From Eledone cirrhosa (lineage: Eukaryota): a stretch of 64,000 nucleotides of DNA. Of this stretch, positions 38,891-57,600 are shown in pieces. The notes below the pieces were generated by a model. It searched no databases and was not told where the DNA came from. It saw nothing but the letters and a program-made list of their open reading frames with translations. The stretch is taken from the NCBI GenBank assembly GCA_964016885.1, contig OZ024747.1, positions 7,316,001-7,380,000 of the forward strand, read 5' to 3'. The translations under genes were made by a program, and so were the position numbers. Positions within the stretch are counted from its first letter, which is position 1. Every line of letters starts with the position of its first letter.

Positions 38891-41216
38891 AATACTTGAA
38901 GAACACAAATGTAGGCTCACTGATTATGAAGTAAGCAGGAGTAAAAACTACTTTAACGGTTTTCTACATTTTCAACTGAAGTTAAGTTGTGTGATATAGT
39001 CGAAATCTCGACCCTACAATTCCATGGAATTCACTACTTGCTCGTGGTTTCCCTACAAATATAACTTACTGAAGTTTATACTGAACATCAACTTCATCTG
39101 TCTGCAAAGACCTTCTCTTCTTTTCTGGCTAATTAATGGTTCAACAATTTTGGAGGAGGGGAAAGTCGATTAAATCGATCTCAGGGCATTACTGGTGTTT
39201 TATTTTATCAACCCTGTAAAAATGAAAGGCATTGCTAACCTCGGCGGAATTTGAACTCAGAACGTAAAGGGATGTAACTATATGCCGCAAAGCGTGTTGT
39301 CTAACGCCAATCCACTGCTGACTAATTAATAAAAAGAACAATCCCTATGTTCACATTTAACAGCTCTTTTCTAAGACACACTCTTCTTTCTCCAACTCTT
39401 TCCAACCACTCACTATTCAACTATATTTTCTCTCTACCTTTCGTTCACTTACCTGTTATATTTCAATCCCTCTTAATCCTAATCAATACACATATACATC
39501 CTATATTATCACCACTACTGCCACTGTACAAAATACTTTATCCAATAAATGTTATCTTTACCTCATCCTTCCATCTAAAAAGAACAAAAATGTACTCATT
39601 CAATAATGTAGTTCTTGATACACTGTCTAAAACAAAAGATTGGATGGCTATATATGGAATTACTTTGATCTTATGTCAGCTTGTTCAGGGCTGTGCTGGG
39701 ACTAAACAACGACAAAAACACTGGCGAATCTTTAGAATACGATTGAGTGCAATCTATTTTCTAATATTTTCTTTAAATATTTCGGGGTTTCGTGAAATAA
39801 AATGTTTTTAAAAATTTGCGGGATTTTTTTTTTTTTTTTTTTTTTTAATGAATTCTCTTGAAAACATTTTTTTTTTTTTTTTGCTTCATTAAATATCTTA
39901 TTGAAATTAGAGTGGTCGGAATAGCTCGTACAATATAGATAGGGGAGCCCCCCCCCCCCCACACACACACACTCTCTCTCTCTCTTAATTGCTTAAGAGT
40001 TCTGCGACAAAATAAGTTTGGGAACCACAACTACTGCGGCAAGATATTCAAGGTGAATGGAAATATAAAGAAGATATGTCCGAAAAATAACTATAACTTT
40101 ACAAATTAATAAGACTAATGGCGTTTAAGAAGTGAAACATGTCAACAAGAGTGACATCACAAAATAACTACTGATTACATAACACTACACATTTTCTACG
40201 TTGTCTCTCGACCTTCTAAAGACAATAGATAAAACTCACTCAAATCACGCCCTGCTTTATTTTAATAATTGTTTCTACTTTTGGCACAAGGCCAGCAATT
40301 ATCCAGTGCATTACTGGTACTTTATTTTTAATAATGTGACACAGTTATAGATAACCTGTTTCAATAAAAACGGGATGGTCATAGCTGGAACGTCTTAAAT
40401 CTTATGTCTGCTAGCTATTTCCTGATCTGTCCTAAATATTTTACGAAACTACTATTTCATTTCCAAAAGCTATAATTCTTTTCTGAATTGAAACCCGTTA
40501 ATCTCAAATCGATCAAACTAAAAATAATTTAAACGAACATAAAACGAACTTCCGGAATGTTAAGTATTACAAGAGCAGATTCATATAATCCCCCGTTAAA
40601 CTGCTGCTATTCATAGTACCGGTTTAGCCGACGACAATACACACCATTTTGCTTGTAATCTAACGAAGCGAAAAAGAAGTGACAGTCCTAGACTACAACA
40701 GATGTCATAATTACTTTGTATTTACATCACAAACTGACAACTATCACAGCATTTAATATATACACTAAATAGAAATACGAAAATATTTCCAGTGTAACAA
40801 CATCGTCCGACTCTCTGTCTCTGTTGTTGTTGCTGCTGCACTAATTAACGTCATGGAGACGACTTAATTACACGTCTGTGTGTTCCAATTATTTCTTGTA
40901 TTCTTATATCGTTTTCTTCCACTGATCTTCTGAGAAACAGACATACACACATGGCTCGGTAGGTTTGACTTTTACTTCACAAATCAAATCAAATTTGTAT
41001 TGCGTAGACTACATAACTGTACATTCATGCAAACACACTCACGCGCCTTACATAAATATACACACACGCACACATTATATACATGATGATTGCCTTCGAA
41101 TGAAACAGTTCTAGTCCTGTATAAGCCATTTCTATATTAAATCTGTTGTATATACTATACTAATGTATTGGGTACGTTAATTACTGTGGTTAGCCCCGAT
41201 TGAAGAACTCATACAC

Positions 41217-41330
<114 letters not shown>

Positions 41331-41384
41331 ATATATATATATATTATAATATATATATATATATTATAATATATATATATATAT

Positions 41385-41421
<37 letters not shown>

Positions 41422-42503
41422 TTACACAGTCACATAGCTTTAAATATTTGTCATTTAAAGAAAATAGTTTCATCATCTTGATCTTACGATAATGTGTGTG
41501 TGTGCGTGCTGTAAATTCTGTCTACCAACTTTAAAGTACATTTACGGAACGTATGTTTAAAATAACACATGCAACCTAACACGTATACGTGTTCCTTTTG
41601 GAAGCCAGCCTATTAAGCACTAACTTTAGAATGGAGATTTATGCCCTTGTGGAAAATAAAGAAATAATGATTAGAATGGAGATACATACATCTATATATT
41701 TAGATGTAAATATTTATGTATATATATATTTACTTCTAATACCTACATATGTTTATCCACTAACGTTTGTGTCTATCAGCTGGCATCTAAAATCAATGTG
41801 TATACGTGGTATGTTCCATGTGTCTGTGTGTATATATCTATACATACACGTGCGCGCGCACACATACATCTGTATGTGTATATGTATATTGATATATATA
41901 TATTGATAGTTATGTAATAAACAACATAAGGCAATTATTTCATTTACCAGTGGTTTCTTGAAAGCAAACAAATTTTGCTTTCAATCATCAGAATGAAAAA
42001 ATCCTGGTGTATTTATTGACATTGGATTTTAAAAACAAAAATATAATCTATATGAAAGTGAAGCATACATAAAAGAGTTCCAAGTATTTTATTATACGCA
42101 TTTACATATAGATAAGTTTATCCCGGGTTGAGTCGGGGATAACCACAGTAAGTAAGGTACTCAATACATAGCAGAGTATAAATATTTAATATACAAATGG
42201 CTTCTACAGGACTAGAACTGTTTCATTCTTCTATGTATACCTTTGATGAGTTGTAGTGCACCTGAGCACTGTACACAATAATTTCATTATTATTATTATT
42301 ACTTACTGTGCTTACTCCCGATTGAACCCGGGATAAACTTTAGCATTTTAAAGGGTCCGTCGAGCTGCCGATTATAGAGTCGGGTAAGATCGATACAGAT
42401 CGAACCTTGGGCTGATCAGTGGCGAAACGTCTTTGTTATCCTTTCAATATATTACACTCTGTATAGCTCTACACCTCAACACAGAAGTGAACCTAAACAT
42501 CGA

Positions 42504-42556
<53 letters not shown>

Positions 42557-42619
42557 ATACTTTGGGAGGGTCATGTTGCCAATAATGATAAAGATTCTTG
42601 CCAAACAAATTCAGAAACG

Positions 42620-42654
<35 letters not shown>

Positions 42655-42676
42655 CAATGTTTCTAAACATAGATAA

Positions 42677-42719
<43 letters not shown>

Positions 42720-43166
42720 GATCGTAAAATGATGAAATTTTTAATATAAGGAACTGTTTCTTTGTTTTTATTCATTGTTTTTATTAATTTATCTTGACTC
42801 TGTTTTCCTGTGTTTTTCATCTAAAAAAATTTTGAATACATCTCTTTTCATATTTGGATTACATTGAGTTCTTCATACGGATTGGACACTACCGTATATT
42901 TTGGTAGATTTATCTATCTATATATATATGATTTTACATTCATTTAAATTATTGATGTATTGTTTTATTGATATTTTTTATCTGTTTGTCCCGAATCTTC
43001 TATTATCGATTTTTTTTATCGTATGGTTGATTGTAGACTTGTTCTATGTGTGACGGTATTTTAACGATAGTTATAGCTCTGATTCATCTGAATTATTGAG
43101 CCCTCTGCCGCTCATTTCGAATATTGTTTATCGTGAACTCGTGCGCCGATTTTTCCATACTCGATC

Positions 43167-43237
<71 letters not shown>

Positions 43238-44427
43238 CTATTTTTAGAAACATTGTGCGGATGTGTATTTATTTAAAATTTAGAAGCTTCATCCTATCTT
43301 TTGGACTAGGTAAAATAGTTTAACGAATTGGGGAGAAAAGCACCTGGGCAGAAAATTGAAAGCATAGCCCGGGCGACGATCGTTGTATCATATATCGATC
43401 TTTATATATATCTTTTAAAAAAGATCGATATATAATATAACTGTTTCTACTTTTGGCACAAGGCCAGCAATTTTTCCAGTGTATTACTGGTACTTTATTT
43501 TATCGACCCGGGCGCTTCATCATCATATATAAAGCATCTGAAACTGTATTGATCCCCCGCGAAGGATTGTTCATGAACTTGTCTCGTCCGGGTTTTTTGT
43601 TTCCTACATTTCCCCTACGTGTTTGTTTAAGGATATATATATATATAGGAGAGAGTATGACCCCGACGGCAGAGCTCAAGCCGTTTCGACGGCTATTTTT
43701 GGACTAATAGAAATAGCCGTCGAAACGGCTTGAGCTCTGCCGTCGGGGTCATACTCTCTCCTATTACTCACTCTACTACCCTAAGTATTGAGTACTCTGG
43801 TTCCTTACCACACCTCCTCCGTTATATATATATATATATATATATACAATATTAAATAAATGGAAAACTATATTTATAAAACCATATTTATTTCATTATA
43901 TATATTTCGGGGATATCATATTAACAATATGCTATGCCTTCATCAGACAAAATACAATATAAACAGTTTTATAGATAAATATATTCGACATACCGTAATA
44001 AACATCAACTTCATTTGAAGAGGTTTACGCTAGCAGTGAAAATATAGAGAGAAAGAAAGAGAGAAAGAAAAAAGGGAAAAACGAAAGAAAGAAAGACAAA
44101 ACGAAGAAAATATTTGTCGAGTGCTTTTATATCAGTTATAAATATTTACTAGTTGTAACCCAACAATTTTAAATATAACTTTTCATATATATATATATAT
44201 ATATATATTATAAATGTAAGCTATCGCCGTATTTTGACTAAAGAAATTAAAGAAATTATTTAGCCTGATAGTGGGGTTAAGAACCCTCGGAGAAATGGAA
44301 AAAAATGAGGGTTCTTAACCCCACTATCAGGTTAAATAATTTTCTTTAATTTCTTGAATCAAAATAGGGCGATAGCTTACATTTATAATTTCAAACTCGC
44401 TCGTTGTTTCGAAAATATTCTTACTTT

Positions 44428-49217
<4,790 letters not shown>

Positions 49218-49434
49218 GGTAAACGGAATAGAAAATGCTGACAAATTGTTCACAGTTGAAAAATGGTTTAGTTAGGAATAAAAGAGTATTAGTGATTGTA
49301 TGGGTTAGTATTCAGTTGTGGTTTTAAGTTTTTAAGTTTTTACCGGTTGCGCATTTCTAAATGCTTTTCAAAAAAAATTTTGAGATAGAGTGTCCGTGCT
49401 GTTTGCTCTGATCTGTATGTATCTGTTTGCTCTG

Positions 49435-49486
<52 letters not shown>

Positions 49487-49568
49487 AAATATATGTATAT
49501 ATATATATATAAATCAGGAAAGAAGAGTGACACGGTTTGCTATACAAAAAAATGTGTTTAATCTCATT

Positions 49569-49640
49569 GCTGACAATTGTTTCTCTCAACTGGTAGGTCG
49601 ATCACCAATACATAGTTGTAACCAGTCAATTCATCGGAGC
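49569..49640 (-). ncRNA. Degenerate hammerhead motif (U4>C)
   Basis: minus strand GCT-CCGATGA-aTTGACTGGT...ACCAGTTGAga-GAAA-CAATTG-TC-AGC; palindromic stem III ACAATTGT, GUC triplet. Confidence 0.55.
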
Positions 49641-50930
49641 TTGTATATATAAAGAAGATGAGGAAGTCTTTTTAAGAATATTTATTTGTAAATAAATATT
49701 CTTAAAAAGACTCCAGTTGCATTTTCCATTTCTTTTCCTTATATATATATGGAAAAAATTAAATTTCATTTCCCACTCTTAGTACGGCTGACACTTGTAT
49801 GTATGTATATATTTATAGAAGCTCTAGTGTGTCTTGTTACCAATTATAGCGGTTAAAATTATAACGGGTCTGGTGTTAAGATGAGAAGGTTGTGTTGTGG
49901 TGTTGATGGTTGAGTGTATACTCACTTGTGGATTGCTCAGTCGTGTAGTCACTGTTGTGTAGAGTTTAGGCGAAAGAAGCTGGATGTGTCTGAGACAGTG
50001 TGACAGAGATTGTGGGTGCGCTAGGAAGTGAGTAAGTGTTCATTATGATGATGATGATGTAATGGTTCCTTGGGCAAGTGGTAGGAAATTAAATATATAA
50101 ACCACAATAACACTAAGCCGCTGTGTAAGTAATTTATTGAATATAACTTTTGTCGAAGTTATTACGACAATACACGAAGGATAAACAACCACAGTTGAAA
50201 TGTGAGATGTTATGTATCATGTACAATGGAAACTTATCACCAAGGTCAACTTCATGGTGTCCACTGATAGTATGAAACTCTATTAAGGAGAGTATCACAT
50301 TACTGCTATATATATATATTCTAGATGTAATAGTAGACTCCTAAAGCTGTTAATAGACCCAGGTCAGGTATGATATGTAGGCCCCATATCAACATACTCA
50401 TTAAGTATTTTTATGTTAAATACATGTATGATTTATGTTAGGGTCACGGGTATAAACAGGCACTTGATGTAAGCTCCTTTAAAATGCTAGCCCCATGCCA
50501 ACCAAACCAGCTGCCTACCTGACATAAAACAACTATGGTACTGTTATTAATTCTCCACTCTGCCATCTATTCATTTTATTGCCATCATATTGAAGTGAAA
50601 ATGGGGAGAAGACATACATATTCAAGTACACACTACAACAGAGAATGCTGGTGTTGCTTTCTAAAATTGTTTGAGGTTAGCCAAAATACTCAGCATTCCT
50701 ATAGGTAGTAGTGACCCTAAGACACTGGAATGGCCAAGCACCTTCATGTACATTACCTGATTCTTTACAGCTTTGTTGCCAGTGGCCCAGCTTCCTCAAA
50801 CATTTTGAATGCCACAGACTGAAGAATGAATTTACCAATATATTGTACTTCATTAGTTGACCCTCACTTCCACCACAGCATCTTGGATTTGAGAAGGAGT
50901 GAAAGAGTCATTGACAGGGACGTTATATAT

Positions 50931-51893
50931 ATCATCATCACCGTTTTACGTCCGTTCTTCCACGCTAGCATGGGTTAGACGGGCTGTCCTGTTGTGGGCA
51001 GTGTCCGGTCAGCTGACCTTGTCTTGCTCATATGGGAATTGATTCTGGCTTGATTTCTACAGCTGGATGCCCTTCCTAACACCAACCTCATTTACAGTGA
51101 GTGCTGGGAGCTTTTTTTCCGTGGCGCCTACACGTCCACTTTATAGTGTGGGCTGGGTGCTTTTTTGCCGTGGCACCTCCCCGACCACTTTGCAGTGGGA
51201 GGGTGTGGGGCATATTGTCTATATGCTTCAGCTTCGGCTTGTACCCGTGGGGGGGCCGGGTCTTCTGTATTACTGCATGACGCCAGAGGTCACGGTCGTG
51301 CGTCATCGCCTTTGAGAGGTGTAATTGGGTAAAGTCGGCTTTTATCACCTCATTCCAGGTCTTCTTGGGTCTCCCCACTCCGCGGTTTCCATCGACTTCT
51401 AGTGCTCTGCACCTTTTTATGCAGCTGTCATCCTTCATACGCATCACATGTCCATACCAGCGCAACCGCCTCTCCTGCACACAGCATTTGATTCCTCTTA
51501 TGCTCAGTCTCTCTCTCAATTCATTTATGCTTTGCCGTTCGTGTATATTACTATTACACATCCATCGGAGCATGCAGGCTTCATTTCTTTCTAATCTACG
51601 CAAGTCTTCCACAGACAGCGCTTAGGTCTCGTTATTATGTAACATTGCTGGTCGTATACACGCATCATACAGTCTGCCTTTCATTTTGAGGGAAAAGCCT
51701 TTTGCAGCTAACAGTGACAGTAGCTCCCTGAACTTCTTCCATCCCGTACTTACCCTAGTTATTGTACTTTCCGAACACCCACCTCCGCTGCTAATTCGGT
51801 CACCTAGGTAGCAGAAGCTGTCTACTGTTTCTACAGAGCCCTCCCAGAGTTTGGTGGTACTTGTTTCCTGTGGCTGTTTGCTGCTTGCTTTCC
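50931..51893 (-). mobile_element. Second, more truncated copy of the same RTE family
   Basis: near-identical to 55515-56449 (FCYLGDRIS, ERNEACMLRWMCN, RLRWYGHVMRM, same 3' UTR and (GAT)n tail); in-frame stop at about 51622. Confidence 0.92.
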
Positions 51894-52535
51894 CTATATA
51901 TATATAAGAACATCCCAGTGAGGATATATATATCATCAGCAGTAACATCATCTAACATCCATTTTCCCTGCTAGCAAAGGTTGGACAGGCTATCATAAAC
52001 CAAGTCAGTACTTAATTGGAGCTATTGATCTCTTAGATAGGCCAGGAACCATGTCTTATGTATATTCTCCTACTCTACAAGTGAAGACAATCAAGAATTT
52101 TGAGAGATAACTTTCTTTTTTAAAGTTGCAACTAGAATGCCTCTGATCATTGTTAACCTTGCAAATTAAATGCAGTGTCATATAGATTATTTTTTTTATT
52201 TCAATACAGACTAACATATGGTGCATCTTCCAGTTCAATTTTTTTCTCCTATAAAAATGTTAATAGTTTTTTATGCGTCATTGGGGTTAGTCAGTCATTT
52301 ATAGTGAAATAGATCTACAATGAAAAGTGGTTGTGTGAGTGTCACGACAAAAAGCACCCAGCTAACACTGTAAAGTGGTTGTGTAGGAAACAGCAAAAAG
52401 CACCCTGCACATACTGTAAATAGAAACCAAACCAGAAACGGTATGTATGAGCAAGAGCTGGTTACCTGAACCGATCTACCTCAAACAGGACAACCCATCT
52501 AGCATGGAAATAGATGTTAAAGGGCGATGATGATG

Positions 52536-52572
<37 letters not shown>

Positions 52573-52639
52573 GATGGATTTAACATATTTACAGAAGGAG
52601 TCTCTCTCTCTGGTAGTCTAGACCCAGCAAAGAAGACTT

Positions 52640-53450
52640 CATTTATATTGCACTAATAACATTATTTAGACAGACCCTGTTCCAAACAGCACTGTGTTTG
52701 GCCATTCAATTTCATTGGTACAATCTGCAGAGGATTGAGATATGCTGCCTTCTTTAGATTTTATCAAGGAAAGTTTTGGTTCATGTGTCACAGTGAATGA
52801 CATAAATGTGAATGTCATTTACAAAACAGTGTGGTCAATGATTGATGGCAAGATGGTATCTCTTCTTCAAGGTGATAGTGATGCATTTATGCCATGCCAC
52901 TTGAGCTGATGTAAACGATACTTCATTAATATATGATGGATTCCAGATAACAAAGGGTTATAATTTCTGTAAAGAAGGATGGGGAAAAATTTGTTGCTGG
53001 TGAGATATCATATTCTAGCAGTGAAAGACAAAATAATGAAATGTCTCTAAATATCTATATTAAACAGTTCAGCCCATTTGAGTATCATTGTATTGGGTAC
53101 GATCAAACAAAAGTGTGTTATTTTAATTGAGAACTGATCTGTTGCGAGCTGCAACAAAGAATATTCAAGTCAGCATAAAACTTCAGTTTTTAAGTCCTTT
53201 TAACTGGATTTTTGCTCGAAAGTCCACCAGAGCTAAAAGATTCTTCTTCAAAAGAAAATTTGCTATAAACAATGGTAGACAAATGAGAGATACAATTGAT
53301 GACATGAAGAGAGTGTAAATATAGTGAGATCTGAAAAATTGACAGGTTGTATAAGTCACAAATGACTTAGTTGAAATAATAGATCTCAAAATATTGATTA
53401 AGCAAACATAATTCTATGTAATAGAAAGGAAAACTAAGCTGCAGTAATTT
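52640..53450 (+). mobile_element. Highly decayed Transib/RAG1-like DDE transposase relic
   Basis: I*TDPVPNSTVFGHSISLVQSAE (52664-), WSMIDGKMVSLLQGDSDAF..CH (52832-), GFQITKG..C...W, TGFLLESP and AKRFF (53203-53245), in the expected order. Confidence 0.55.
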
Positions 53451-53553
53451 AAAAGATCCTTTATGAGCTGTTGGAGGGGGAACTTCTATACGATTGCTTC
53501 AACTGCTAGATGTAGCAGCTAAATATCCCTCAAATTACATCCAGACATCTTAA

Positions 53554-53785
53554 CCCTTTAGTAACCAACCAGGCCAAAACTGGCTCTGGTTCTATGAAAT
53601 AAAACTACCCATTTTAAAGGTTTCAAATTTAAATTAAAATCTTCCAACATAATTTTATATAAGAACCTTACATTAAGTTATTATCTTAGTAATGAAATAA
53701 TTAATAATGTGAGTAAAGCCCTCAAAATTTTTCATTAATTAATTAAAATAGAGTGTATTTTATTAGAAATGCAGTCATGAAAGGG
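53554..53785. mobile_element. piggyBac-type MITE (second family)
   Basis: TTAA|CCCTTTAGTAACC ... GTCATGAAAGGG|TTAA. Confidence 0.65.
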
Positions 53786-54182
53786 TTAAACGAGAAGTTG
53801 ATGACAGGCAAGGTACAAGAGAAAGATTGAACGATCGTAAATCAAATGGTTTTGGTGATAGATTTTCTCAATCTATGTTGATCTGGAGCTAATCAGTATA
53901 AGCATGCTAAACGCGTCAAAAACTGGTATAATGATTGAGAAAGTCACTTTTTGTACAATGGATTCTGAAACACAACAAAACCAAATAATTACCCATTAGT
54001 GAGAAATATAATATTTATGTCCTTCTTAACACTACAGATTACAATGGAGTACTCAATAACATAGTTTGGAGTAGAAACAACAAATCTAGTAAAAAGGCAG
54101 CTTAAAACAACACTCTGTAAATTAATATGCTGACATCCCATGGTTTTCATTTTGCACCAACCAACTTAATACAAAGAAACAT

Positions 54183-54228
<46 letters not shown>

Positions 54229-54229
54229 G

Positions 54230-54266
<37 letters not shown>

Positions 54267-54727
54267 GATGTATATATATGTATGTATATATATGATGTAT
54301 ATATATGTATGTATATATATGATGTATATATATGTATGTATATATATGATGTATATATATGTATGTATATATATGATGTATATATATGATGTATATATAT
54401 GTATGTATGTATATGTATATATATATGTGTGTGTGTGTGTGTGTGAATATATATATATGTACATGTGTGTGTGAATATATATGTACATGTGTGTGTATAT
54501 ATATATATATGTACATGTGTGTGTATATATTGTCTTAGATCAACTGATTTGAATTAGGTCTAATTTGTAAATATATATATATATATATACTATAAAGTAT
54601 GTCCATAGAATCATTTGATAATATATATACACCATTTCCTCTCCCAATTAGCATAATCAACCACACAAAAATTCAATTAAACCAGGCTATAAGATTAAAA
54701 GGCACCTATGAAGAAATAGTAGATAAA

Positions 54728-56449
54728 TAAGGAAACTATAGAGGTATAAAGTTGATGGACCAGGTCATGAAAGTAACAGAAAGAGTTATAGCACAGCTGA
54801 TTAGGGACCGGGTGAATATAGACGAGATGCAATTTGGGGTGTACCAGGAAGAGGCACCACTGATGCCCTCTTCCTTGTGAGGCAATTACAGGAAAATTAC
54901 CTAGCTAAAAGTAAGCCACTCTACTTGGCATTTGTCGACCTTGAGAAAGCCTTTGACAGAGTTCCACGTGCTGTAATCTGGTGGGCTCTTAGAAAACTAG
55001 GAGTAGATGAATGGCTTGTGAAAGCGGTACAAGCCATGTATAGGGGAGCAGTCAGCAAAGTTAGGATTAGCATTGAGTATAGCGAGGAATTTAGCGTACA
55101 GGTTGGGGTCCACCAGGGCTCTGTTCTTAGCCCTCTCCTGTTCATCATAGTCCTGCAGGCAATAACGGAGGAGTTTAAGACCGGATGCCCATGGGAACTC
55201 CTGTATGCTAATGACCTCGCACTCATAGCTGAATCTATGGTAGAACTAGAGAATAAATTCCAAACCTGGAAGCAGGGACTAGAGAGAAAGGGTCTCAAAG
55301 TCAACATGACAAAGACTAAGGTCCTTGTAAGTAGACGAGAAAACAGAACCCAGATCCCCTCAGGGAAATGGCCTTGCTCAGTGTGTAGGAAAGGTGTAGG
55401 TAGGAACTCCATTCTCTGCCCCAAATGTAAACAATGGGTACACAAGAGATGTAGCGGGATCTCAGGAAGCTTAATTAAGAATGTAGGATTCACATGCAGC
55501 AGCTGTGCTGAAACAGCAAGCAACAAACAGCCACAGGAAACAAGTACCACCAATCTCTGGGAGGGCCCTGTAGAAACAGTAGACAGCTTCTGCTACCTAG
55601 GTGACCGAATTAGCAACGGAGGTGGGTGTTCAGAAAGTACAATAACTAGGGTAAGAACGGGATGGAAGAAGTTTAGGGAACTACTACCACTGCTAGCTGC
55701 AAAAGGCTTCTCCCTCAGAATGAAAGGCAGACTGTATGATGCGTGTATCCGAACAGCGATGTTGCATGGTAGTAAGACCTGGGCGCTGAAGGTGGAAGAC
55801 TTACGTAGATTAGAGAGAAATGAAGCCTGCATGCTCCGATGGATGTGTAACAGTAATATACGTGAACGACAAAGCATAAATGAATTGAGAGAGAGACTGA
55901 GCATAAGAGGAATCAAATGCTGTGTGCAGGAGAGGCGGTTGCGCTGGTATGGACATGTGATGCGTATGAAGGATGACAGCTGCATAAAAAGGTGCAGAGC
56001 ACTAGAAGTTGATGGAAACCGCGGAGTGGGGAGACCCAAGATGACCTGGGATGAGGTGATAAAAGCCGACCTTACCCAATTACACGACCGTGACTTCTGG
56101 CCTCACGCAGTAATACAGAGTACCCGACCTCCCATGGGTACATGCTGAAGCATATAAACAATATGCCCCCACACCCCCCACCGCAAGCTGGTCGTGGAGG
56201 TGCCACGGCAAAAAAGCACCCAGCCCACACTGTAAAGTGGACGTGTAGGCGCCACGAAAAAGCACCCAGCACTCACTGTAAATGAGGTTGGTGTTAGGAA
56301 GGGCATCCAGCTGTAGAAATCAAGCCAGATCAGTTCCTGTATGAGCAAGGCATGGTCAGCCGACCAGACACTGCCCACAACAGGACAACCCGTCTAACCC
56401 ATGCTAGCGTGGAAGAACGGATGTAAAACGGTGATGATGATGATGATGA
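54728..56449 (+). mobile_element. 5'-truncated RTE-clade LINE (RT, internal PHD-type finger, 3' UTR, (GAT)n tail)
   Basis: GNYRGIKLM, EMQFG (frameshift about 54836), FVDLEKAFDRVPR, GVHQGSVLSPLLF, YANDL (YADD mutated), FCYLG, RLRWYGHVMR, GRPKMTW; ends GTAAAACG(GAT)n. Confidence 0.93.
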
Positions 56450-56576
56450 AATAAACGACAGCAATCTATTCGCGACCAACCGCTATAGAATATTTACCCA
56501 ACATTTCAATAGCACGTGGAAATCAATTAAATATACGGTCAACCATACACAATTAGGTATAAAATTAAAGTTAGGA

Positions 56577-56671
<95 letters not shown>

Positions 56672-56913
56672 CTTTTTAGTTTTTCTTCACTTTTTTTTTA
56701 GCTATTCAAAAGGGTGGATAAGTTGTTTAATGTTGGTGATTGTAATGTGAATATAGAATGTAACTAAGTACATTGTATATACAATACATTATACACATAC
56801 AATTCATGGAAAGAGTACTCAGAAATTGACATTAAAATCTCATGGGGATCATCATTACCACCTGTTTACAATCAATTTTTCCACATTAGCATGGCCAGTT
56901 TATACATATAAAA

Positions 56914-57104
56914 ATAATTGTTTCTACTTTTGGCACAAGGCCAGCAATTACTCAGTACATTACTGGTACTTTATTTTATCGACCCCGTAAGGTTGAAAGG
57001 CATAGTTAACCTAGGTGGGATTTGAACTCAGTCCGTAAAGGGATGTAACTCTATGCTGCAAAGCATGGCGTCCGACCCTCTACCGATACTGCCAATCCAA
57101 TGCT
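56914..57104 (-). mobile_element. Near full-length copy of the same SINE; partial copies at 1141-1235, 2724-2808, 18150-18270, 26545-26645, 27825-27895, 28920-29020, 30880-30960, 39140-39300, 40265-40330, 43441-43510
   Basis: recurring TTGTTTCTACTTTTGGCACAAGGCCAGCAATTACCCAGTGCATTACTGGTACTTTATTTTATCGACCCCGTAAGGATGAAAGGC. Confidence 0.85.
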
Positions 57105-57600
57105 GGATATTTGAAATAGTTAACGAGATGTGAGGCTTGACTTTCTGTTTGTATATAGGTAAATAGGAGGCTTTAGTTGGTTAGCAGCTTAGGCAGTGAA
57201 GCAGTAACTGGCCTAAAGAATGACAATTAAAGCAGTCTTTTATCAATAATTGGAGCAGAATGTTTGAGCCTCATTGTGCTGTTGCAAAAACTTGTCTGCA
57301 TCTTTGTAAAGGTGTGTCTAAGCTGGTAAAAAGTGTATATGTTTACTCACATACACATGTTGTACACAAAATTTTAACTAGGAGACTTTGTCAATAACTA
57401 TTTGGCAGTTATATACAGCAATAAGCTACAATACCTATTTACAATTTTGTAGGTATGGGCAAACAGATTGTGTTTTGGTTTTGGTGACAAGGAATAATTT
57501 GTCAACCCATTAGGTTGTCTGGTGCCTCAAACACAAGTGAATCTCATTACATATTTAACAAATTAAAAACAGCATAGTCTTGGTTGTTTTAGTTCCCTGT

